Source of the DNA: Geotalea daltonii FRC-32
Lineage (GTDB): Bacteria; Desulfobacterota; Desulfuromonadia; Geobacterales; Geobacteraceae
NCBI RefSeq assembly: GCF_000022265.1
Contig: NC_011979.1
Location: 150,001 to 182,000 of the forward strand
DNA length: 32,000 nucleotides
Direction of reading: 5' to 3'
Every line of letters starts with the position of its first letter. The first letter of the stretch is position 1. The notes beneath the pieces are model-generated. The model worked only from the letters and a program-made list of their open reading frames with translations. It had not been told where the DNA came from and made no database searches. Of this stretch, positions 23,903 through 30,538 are shown one piece after another. The position numbers were made by a program, and so were the translations under genes.

Positions 23903-25266
23903 AAACGATTCTGATCGCCGATGACGATAAAGCAATCCGCCGCACACTGGAGCTGCATCTTACGGAGGTTGGCTACAGGGTGGTCACGGCCGCCAACGGT
24001 TCCGATGCGGTCAACCTGGCCCTGGCGGACACCGCCATCGGGCACAACATCGATCTGATGCTGCTGGACCTGCGCCTGACCGGAATGGACGGTTTCGAGG
24101 TGCTGACCCTGGTCAAGGAAAAGAAGCCCTTCCTGCCGATCATCATGATCACCGCCTACGATGAAATGCAGACGGCCATCAAGGCCATTCGTCTGGGAGC
24201 CATCGATCACCTGGGTAAACCGGTGGATCTGGACCATCTGGACGAGGTCATCGACAAGATCTTCGAAATGAGCGCCCTGTCCCGCACCGGCGTCACCTTC
24301 AGCGATTCCTTCGATCCCCATTTCGAGCAGAACATCATGGTTGGCCGTACCCGGGCCATGAAAGAGGTCTATAAGACCATCGGCGCCGTGGCTGACTCCA
24401 GGGCGACAGTTCTTATCCAGGGGGAGAGCGGCACCGGCAAGGAGATGGTGGCACGTGCCATCCACTTCAACAGCCAGTTCCGTAATCGGCCGTTTATCGC
24501 CGTGGCGTGTTCAGCCCTGTCACCGACTATTCTGGAAAGCGAACTGTTCGGTCATGAAAAAGGGGCTTTTACCGGTGCTATCCGTACCAAGCCCGGCAAG
24601 TTCGAACTGGCCCAGGGGGGAACCCTGTTTCTTGATGAAATATCGGAGATCAGTCCGGAAATACAGGTGAAGCTTCTCCGTTTCATCCAGGAAAGGGAAT
24701 TTGAGCGGGTCGGCGGCATCGAGACGATCAAGGCGGATGTGCGCATCGTTGCCGCTACCAATAAGAATTTGTCGACTCTGGTGGCAAGCGGCATGTTTCG
24801 CAATGATCTCTATTACCGGCTCAAGGTAGTTTCCATAGACCTCCCTCCCCTGAGGGAGCGGAAAGAGGATATTCCCATTCTGGTCAAGTTCCTTCTGGAA
24901 AAGCTGCACCATGAGACCGGCAAGCGGGTGGAGATCATTCCCCAGGAAACCATGAATAAAATACTGGAACACTCCTGGCCGGGTAACGTGCGGGAGCTGG
25001 AAAATACCCTGCGCCGTGCCGTCATCCTTTCCCATGGCAACATGCTCTTGCCCGAATCGCTACACCTGGAAGAGGGCTGCGACGGCCAGGAGCGCTTTCC
25101 CCTGCTGCTGAAACCCCTCCATGAAGTGGAACGGGAGCATATCCAGAACGTGCTCTGTTATGTGCGTAACGAAAAGAAACGAGCCGCGGAGATCCTCGGT
25201 ATTTCGCGGCCTACCCTTGATCGCCGTATCAAGGAATACGGACTTGAGGAGGAAGATAAGCCGTGA
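23899..25266 (+). CDS. NtrC-family sigma54-dependent response regulator (REC-AAA+-Fis HTH)
   Basis: ATGA overlap with the kinase stop. REC: ILIADDD...LLDLRLTGMDG...KP. AAA+: [25 protein letters not shown]: EKKRAAEILGISRPTLDRRIKEYGL. Confidence 0.9.
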   Translation: MKTILIADDDKAIRRTLELHLTEVGYRVVTAANGSDAVNLALADTAIGHNIDLMLLDLRLTGMDGFEVLTLVKEKKPFLPIIMITAYDEMQTAIKAIRLGAIDHLGKPVDLDHLDEVIDKIFEMSALSRTGVTFSDSFDPHFEQNIMVGRTRAMKEVYKTIGAVADSRATVLIQGESGTGKEMVARAIHFNSQFRNRPFIAVACSALSPTILESELFGHEKGAFTGAIRTKPGKFELAQGGTLFLDEISEISPEIQVKLLRFIQEREFERVGGIETIKADVRIVAATNKNLSTLVASGMFRNDLYYRLKVVSIDLPPLRERKEDIPILVKFLLEKLHHETGKRVEIIPQETMNKILEHSWPGNVRELENTLRRAVILSHGNMLLPESLHLEEGCDGQERFPLLLKPLHEVEREHIQNVLCYVRNEKKRAAEILGISRPTLDRRIKEYGLEEEDKP

Positions 25267-25564
25267 TTGCACCTATGGATAGCTGAAATTATAATAAAAC
25301 GAAGTTATCCTTTTTACATGCTTTCCCGGTTCACCCGTCATGGCAGCTGTTATAAAGCCTTTTGGCCTTGCCTTACCCATGCCTTAGTTTTATCTCGCCT
25401 CCGCCGCCCGTTCAACTTTTTACCTTATCGATCATAATTTTACATGTCCGCATCTTTTTTTATCCAAATGATAAAATGACATCCTAGTCAAACGAATAGT
25501 TTTATAAATACAACATACTGAATTTAAAAAGAAAAAATAACATTTAACATCATGTCGAGGCGGC

Positions 25565-25580
25565 TGGATCATATTTTGCA
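25565..25580 (+). promoter_or_regulatory. sigma54 (-24/-12) promoter upstream of buk
   Basis: TGGATCATATTTTGCA has GG and GC at consensus spacing and a perfect TTGCA -12 box. It lies 85 nt upstream of the buk ATG and is preceded by a very AT-rich tract (25440-25560). Confidence 0.5.
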
Positions 25581-25664
25581 AAACATTATTTTGTAAATCA
25601 ACCGGCTGACCATTGGGACTTCTGATGCCGGTTTTATCAACCGATGTGATGCGGAGGCTTCAAT

Positions 25665-26732
25665 ATGGAAAAAACTTTACTGGTTATCAATCTGGGTTCG
25701 ACGTCGACCAAGATAGCAGTGAGCAAATCGGAAGATATGCTGTTTACCGAGTCGGTCCCCCATACAGCAGAAGAGCTGAAAAAATACCAACGGATCATTG
25801 ACCAGTACGAATTGAGGGAACGGACGGTACTTGACGTGCTGGCCGAAAAAAAGGTAGCGCTGGAGCAGCTGGACGGCATCGCCAGCCGGGGGGGCAACAT
25901 GAAGCCGATTCCCGGCGGCATCTATGAAATCTGCCCGGCCATGATCGATGACATGAAAAGCGGCAAATATGGCCAGCATCCCAATATGTGCGGCGGTATT
26001 GTGGCCCACCAGCTGGGGAAGAAGCTGAATATTCCGGCGCTCACCGTCGATCCGCCGACGGTGGATGAATTGTGCATCTCTGCAACCTATTCTGGAATCC
26101 CGCTGATCAGGAGGCAAAGCAGCTTTCATGCATTGAACCAGAAGGCGACGGCAAGAAAGATAGCTGAGCAGCTGGGCAGGAAATATGAAGATGTGAACCT
26201 GATCGTCGCCCATTTGGGTGGGGGGATATCGGTAGGCGCCCATCGCCGGGGCAAGGTGGTGGATGTGAACAACGCCCTTGACGGAGATGGACCTTTTTCG
26301 CCGGAGCGGGCCGGAACACTGCCGGCGGGGGATCTGGTCAAGCTTTGTTACAGCGGTGAATATTCCCGGGAGCAAGTATTGCGGCTCGTTCAGGGGGGAG
26401 GCGGCCTGATGGCCTATCTGGGGACTACCAGCGGCCTGGAGATCGAAAAGAGAATTACTGAAGGGGATATGGTCGCAGCCGAGGTCTTCGAGGCCATGGC
26501 CTACCAGGTGGCAAAAGAAATCGGCGCCTGCGCCGCCGTCCTTGAAGGACAGGTGGATGCCATCGCCCTCACCGGCAGCTTGGCCTACTCGGAGCGATTG
26601 GTTGAAAACCTGAAAAAGAAGGTTTCCTTCATCGCCCAAGTCCGGCTGGATCCCGGAGAAAATGAAATGGCGGCCCTGGCTGCAGGCGCAATGCGCTATT
26701 TCAAGGGCACCGAACAGCTTTCAATTTACTGA
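25665..26732 (+). CDS. buk: butyrate (short/branched-chain acyl) kinase
   Basis: 355 aa with a GGAGG RBS. Blocks: LVINLGSTSTKIAV, IASRGGNMKPIPGGIY, HALNQKA, VAHLGGGISVGAH, GDGPFSPERAG, ALTGSLAYS. Confidence 0.9.
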   Translation: MEKTLLVINLGSTSTKIAVSKSEDMLFTESVPHTAEELKKYQRIIDQYELRERTVLDVLAEKKVALEQLDGIASRGGNMKPIPGGIYEICPAMIDDMKSGKYGQHPNMCGGIVAHQLGKKLNIPALTVDPPTVDELCISATYSGIPLIRRQSSFHALNQKATARKIAEQLGRKYEDVNLIVAHLGGGISVGAHRRGKVVDVNNALDGDGPFSPERAGTLPAGDLVKLCYSGEYSREQVLRLVQGGGGLMAYLGTTSGLEIEKRITEGDMVAAEVFEAMAYQVAKEIGACAAVLEGQVDAIALTGSLAYSERLVENLKKKVSFIAQVRLDPGENEMAALAAGAMRYFKGTEQLSIY

Positions 26733-26745
26733 GAGGAGAGGAAAA

Positions 26746-27651
26746 ATGCTGAAATCATTCGACGAACTCATTACCGCCGTACAAGAAAAACCGAGGAAAA
26801 AGATCGCCATCGTCAGCCCCGAAGGGTCGACCGTGATGAAACTGGTAAAGCAGGCACTTGAGGCAAAACTCGCCGATTTTATCCTGGTGGGAGATGAAGA
26901 AAAAATAAAGACCATGTCTGCGGAGGCTGGCTTCGATGCCAATCTCATCAATATCATCAATATTATCGACCAGAAGGAAGCGGCCGAGGAAGCGGTGCGG
27001 CTGGTGGTGGTGGGAAGCGCCAACGCCATCATGAAGGGAAATCTCCCCACCGCCACCTTCATGCGGGCCATCCTCGACAAACAGAAGGGGCTGAACGACA
27101 ACAAGGTCATCAGCGAGATCACCATCTACGAGAAGATCGTCGATGCTCCGGGAGGAGGCTTCCGCTTCATTACCGACTGTGCCATCAACGTGTCGCCGAC
27201 CCTGGACGAGAAAAAGCAGATCATCGAAAACGCCGTCGGCCTGGCCCACAAGCTGGGCAACGACTTGCCCAAGGTGGCGGTCATCTCGGCGGTGGAGGTG
27301 GTCAATCCCGCCATGCCGGATACCATAGAGGCGGCGGCCCTGAGCAAGATGGCCGAGCGGGGGCAGATAGAAGGATGCCTCATCGAGGGGCCCCTGGCCT
27401 TCGACAACGCCATTTCGGTGGAGTCGGCCAGATACAAGAAGATCAAGGGGGAGGTGGCCGGCCAGGCGGACATCATCATGATGCCGAATCTGCTTTCGGC
27501 GAATCCGTTGCGCAAGTGCCTGGTTTACTACACCCAGCAGCGCATCGCCACGGCAGTCATGGGGGCGAAGGCGCCTATCGTCCTTACCTCCCGCTCCGAT
27601 TCGGCCGATACCATGCTGCTGACCATTGCTTTAGCGGCATATATTTCCTGA
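26746..27651 (+). CDS. ptb: phosphate butyryltransferase (phosphotransacylase)
   Basis: The ORF track starts at 26662, inside buk; the ATG at 26746 follows GAGAGGAGAGG. Sequence: MLKSFDELITAVQEKPRKKIAIVSPEGSTVMKLVKQALEAKLADFILVGDEEKI...NAIMKGNL...VISAVEVVNP...GPLAFDNA. Confidence 0.9.
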   Translation: MLKSFDELITAVQEKPRKKIAIVSPEGSTVMKLVKQALEAKLADFILVGDEEKIKTMSAEAGFDANLINIINIIDQKEAAEEAVRLVVVGSANAIMKGNLPTATFMRAILDKQKGLNDNKVISEITIYEKIVDAPGGGFRFITDCAINVSPTLDEKKQIIENAVGLAHKLGNDLPKVAVISAVEVVNPAMPDTIEAAALSKMAERGQIEGCLIEGPLAFDNAISVESARYKKIKGEVAGQADIIMMPNLLSANPLRKCLVYYTQQRIATAVMGAKAPIVLTSRSDSADTMLLTIALAAYIS

Positions 27652-27698
27652 AGCGAACGCAAAAATTGTCCTGATTAGCACTAATCTTCCGCCAACAA

Positions 27699-27787
27699 GA
27701 TTTCCCCCTTTGTGAAAGGGGGGCAGGGGGGGATTTCATAGAGCCGCAACAGCAAATCCCCCTAAATCCCCCTTTCATAAAGGGGGA
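27699..27787. repeat. cluster of C5/G5 hairpin repeats (REP-like) in the ptb 3' region
   Basis: CCCCCTTT-GTG-AAAGGGGG (27704-27722). GGGGGGGATTT...AAATCCCCC (27726-27762). Tandem AAATCCCCC (27754-62 and 27764-72). CCCCCTTT-CAT-AAAGGGGG (27768-27786). A related copy lies at 11412-11441. Confidence 0.6.
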
Positions 27788-27842
27788 CTTGGATCTGAAG
27801 CGGAAGATCAGTAGTAAACACAAAAATAGTTGTAAGTGTGGT

Positions 27843-27872
27843 GGCGGGACACAGGAGTGTTCCGCCTTTTTT
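27843..27872 (+). terminator. strong rho-independent terminator
   Basis: GGCGGGACAC-AGGA-GTGTTCCGCC (10 bp including one G-U pair) followed by TTTTTT, about 190 nt after the ptb stop. Confidence 0.75.
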
Positions 27873-28124
27873 ATGCTCACCGGAAACTCTGTGGAAAAAG
27901 GCAGTCGCGGCATCGTCCGTACGCTATGTCGCCACAACTGCGGACCTTGTGGTGCCGCCTGTGTAATAGGGCATGATACTTGAAGTGGCGGATCCATTCC
28001 ATTCAACATGAGGCGGGTGTCTCGCTTGCCGCTGTAGCTTGTCACTCACTCCCGACGCCACGACTGCCTGCTACGGAAATGTGTGAAGAACCCTTTTTCG
28101 GTCTGCGGCATGTTAGAGCGCCTG

Positions 28125-28186
28125 TTGCCGTGACTTTGCCACGTGTGTAAATTCCGGGTCTTTTGCCCCCCAATTCATGGTATAAA
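28125..28186 (+). promoter_or_regulatory. candidate sigma70 promoters for the CBS-PAS activator gene
   Basis: TTGCCG-17 nt-TAAATT (28125-28153), and an extended -10 TGgTATAAA (28178-28186). Neither is verified. Confidence 0.3.
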
Positions 28187-28246
28187 TAATCACGGCTGCG
28201 GCCCTGGTTGCTGCCGGTGATCCCACCAGATTCGGAGGAGAGATTT

Positions 28247-30283
28247 ATGCGGGTCAGCGAAATCATGCTGGCAACAAGGGTGCAGATTCGCCCAGGCGAC
28301 ACCATACGCAGGGCCGTGGAGCTGCTCCAGTCATCCCGGCTGAACGGGGTGCCGGTGGTCGATGACCAGGGAAAGCTGATCGGCTATTTCTCCAAATCCC
28401 ATCTCTACGATTGCCTCTTGCAGAGCGTCGATATCGATTCCACCATTGAAAAACACTATATCCGGGAGGTGGTAAGCGCCTGCGAGGACACCACCTATGA
28501 CAGTCTTGAGGCGCTCTCCCAATGGCTGCAATCATGCCGGGTGGGGCAGACCATCGTCGTCAACCGGGAAAACGAGCCGATCGGCGTGGCGACCCAGGCG
28601 GGGACCGTCCTGGAGCTGCTGGATCGGACCGACTATCTTTTCCGGGAGCTGTCCGGGGTCATCGAGAACGTGCCGGCCGGCATCCTGGCCACCAGCGACA
28701 CGGGCATGGTTACCATGGCCAACCAGTACGCCAAGAATATCCTCGGGGGGGTGCAGTCCGGGCGCTACATCGGTGACTACCTCCAAGAGCTGGAAAGGGA
28801 TTTTTCGCCCGTCATCAGCGGCAACTGGATGCTTCCCCGCAAGATCGAGCACAACGCCCTGAAACTCATTGCCACCGCCGTACCCATATACCAGAATATG
28901 AAAAACAAGGGGGTCATTTTCGTCATTCAGGATATGACTGATGTGGAAGGGGTCGCCCATGAACTGGAAACGGTCAAGGAACTGAAAATGACCCTGGAGA
29001 CGGTCCTTGAGGTTGCTTACGAGGGGGTGGCGGTCCTGGATGAGGCGGGGATGATCACCCTGGTCAATGCCCGCTTCTGCAACAAGATCGGCAAGCCGAA
29101 AGATAATATTATCGGAGAGAACATCAACAGGTTCATTCCCCTGTCCCACAACCAGATGCCGCTAAGTGTGCTGGAAATAAATGCCAAGCCCTGTGTGGTG
29201 TCCACCCTGCCGATCACCAAGGAGGGGAACACAAAGGGGTTTGTCGTCAAGATATATGAGGATCTTGATAACCTGGCCGATATCGTCCAGCAGATCAACC
29301 GGATCAACATGCAGCTCAACTATTACAAGAACGAGCTCTACAAGGTAAACGGCACCAGCTACACTGTGGGGAGCATCGTCTGCCGGGACGAGCGCATTGC
29401 CACCCTGAAATCCCAGGTGCTGCAGGTGGGCAGGAGCAATTCCACCGTGCTCATCACCGGCGAAAGCGGCACCGGCAAGGAGCTCTTTGCCCATTCCATC
29501 CACAATGCCTCCAACCGCCGCAAGGAACCCTTCATCAAGGTCAACTGTTCGGCCATTCCAGGTGAACTGGCGGAGGCGGAACTGTTCGGCTATGAGGACG
29601 GCGCCTTCACCGGGGCGCGCAAACAGGGAAAACCGGGAAAATTCGAGCTGGCCGATTGCGGAACAATCTTTCTCGACGAAATCGGCGATATGCCCCTGGC
29701 CCTGCAAAGCAAGCTGCTGCGGGTTATCCAGGACAAGGAGATCGAGCGGGTCGGCGGCGTCAAGGCCCGCAAGGTGGATGTGCGTATCATCGCTGCCACC
29801 AACCGGGACCTGAAGCGAATGGTGACCGAAGGGACATTCAGGGAGGACCTCTATTTCAGGATCAACGTCGTCGAGCTGAAGATTCCCCCCCTGCGTGACA
29901 GGCGCAAGGATATCCCGCTCCTTGCCGACACCTTTATCCGCAAATACAACAACCAGTTGGGCCGGCGGGTGGAAGGGATTACCGAGGCGGCTCTGGAGGC
30001 CTTGACCCGCTACGACTGGCCCGGCAATATCAGGGAGCTGGAAAACATCATCGAACGGATGTTGAATTATCGGGAAAGCGGACTGATCGAACTGCAGGAC
30101 CTTCCCGAAGAGATCGTTGGCCGCCCAGGCGGAATGGCGGCAAAGGCTACCCAGACCTTGGCAGTCATGGAAATGGAGACGATCCAGGCCGCCCTGGCGG
30201 AGGCCGGGGGGAACAAGTCCAAAGCAGCGCGGCTCTTGGGTATCAGCCGCTCCAAGCTCTACGAAAAGCTCGGCAGCGACTGA
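28247..30283 (+). CDS. sigma54-dependent activator with N-terminal CBS pair and PAS domains
   Basis: The ORF track starts at TTG 28208; the ATG at 28247 follows GGAGGAG. CBS: [47 protein letters not shown]. Then PAS-like regions. AAA+: [26 protein letters not shown]: [20 protein letters not shown]. Confidence 0.9.
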   Translation: MRVSEIMLATRVQIRPGDTIRRAVELLQSSRLNGVPVVDDQGKLIGYFSKSHLYDCLLQSVDIDSTIEKHYIREVVSACEDTTYDSLEALSQWLQSCRVGQTIVVNRENEPIGVATQAGTVLELLDRTDYLFRELSGVIENVPAGILATSDTGMVTMANQYAKNILGGVQSGRYIGDYLQELERDFSPVISGNWMLPRKIEHNALKLIATAVPIYQNMKNKGVIFVIQDMTDVEGVAHELETVKELKMTLETVLEVAYEGVAVLDEAGMITLVNARFCNKIGKPKDNIIGENINRFIPLSHNQMPLSVLEINAKPCVVSTLPITKEGNTKGFVVKIYEDLDNLADIVQQINRINMQLNYYKNELYKVNGTSYTVGSIVCRDERIATLKSQVLQVGRSNSTVLITGESGTGKELFAHSIHNASNRRKEPFIKVNCSAIPGELAEAELFGYEDGAFTGARKQGKPGKFELADCGTIFLDEIGDMPLALQSKLLRVIQDKEIERVGGVKARKVDVRIIAATNRDLKRMVTEGTFREDLYFRINVVELKIPPLRDRRKDIPLLADTFIRKYNNQLGRRVEGITEAALEALTRYDWPGNIRELENIIERMLNYRESGLIELQDLPEEIVGRPGGMAAKATQTLAVMEMETIQAALAEAGGNKSKAARLLGISRSKLYEKLGSD

Positions 30284-30295
30284 TAGTTATCGAGT

Positions 30296-30336
30296 TGTCT
30301 GTACGGAAAACAGACAGTTGTCCGGATTCCGGACAA
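30296..30336. promoter_or_regulatory. tandem palindromes, candidate UAS (or terminator of the activator gene)
   Basis: TGTCTGT-N7-ACAGACA (30296-30316), then the perfect 19-nt palindrome TTGTCCGGATTCCGGACAA (30318-30336). Both begin TTGTC. They lie 117-157 bp upstream of the -24 element at 30453. Confidence 0.45.
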
Positions 30337-30452
30337 AGATTCACTTGAAGAACACCATTGTTTTATCCTGCCTGCCATGTCTCACTGGAAAAATACTGCA
30401 GATTCCAGTAACTTTGCCATATCTTAGCAACTTTAATCACTAAAACATCATT

Positions 30453-30468
30453 TGGCATAACAGTTGCT
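30453..30468 (+). promoter_or_regulatory. sigma54 (-24/-12) promoter of the molybdoenzyme gene
   Basis: TGGCATAACAGTTGCT is a close match to TGGCAC-N5-TTGCW, 71 nt upstream of the ATG. Confidence 0.7.
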
Positions 30469-30538
30469 CTTACTCCGGTAAGCATCACCTCAAGCTGAAC
30501 CCTTGCCGATGCCGACACTATCCAGAGAAGGAGCACCT

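Noticed and set aside
22136-23947. 603-aa minus-strand ORF covering the whole histidine-kinase gene
   Set aside because: It is a shadow ORF antisense to a CDS with clear HisKA/HATPase/dCache motifs. Its translation is low-complexity (rich in G, P, R, Q) with no recognisable domain or RBS.
26662-26745. ORF-track N-terminal extensions: ptb from 26662, CBS-PAS activator from TTG 28208, kinase from TTG 22040, ubiX from 13139, OMP from 12473, lpp-like from 6855, LDT from 6512
   Set aside because: In each case an internal ATG or GTG with a good Shine-Dalgarno gives a canonical N-terminus (signal peptide or family-typical start). The extension overlaps the upstream gene or a terminator.
27789-27983. 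Cys-rich 64-aa ORF (MDLKRKISSKHKNSCKCGGG...) in the ptb-activator gap
   Set aside because: It reads straight through the strong rho-independent terminator at 27843-27872. It has no RBS, and part of its sequence derives from hairpin DNA.
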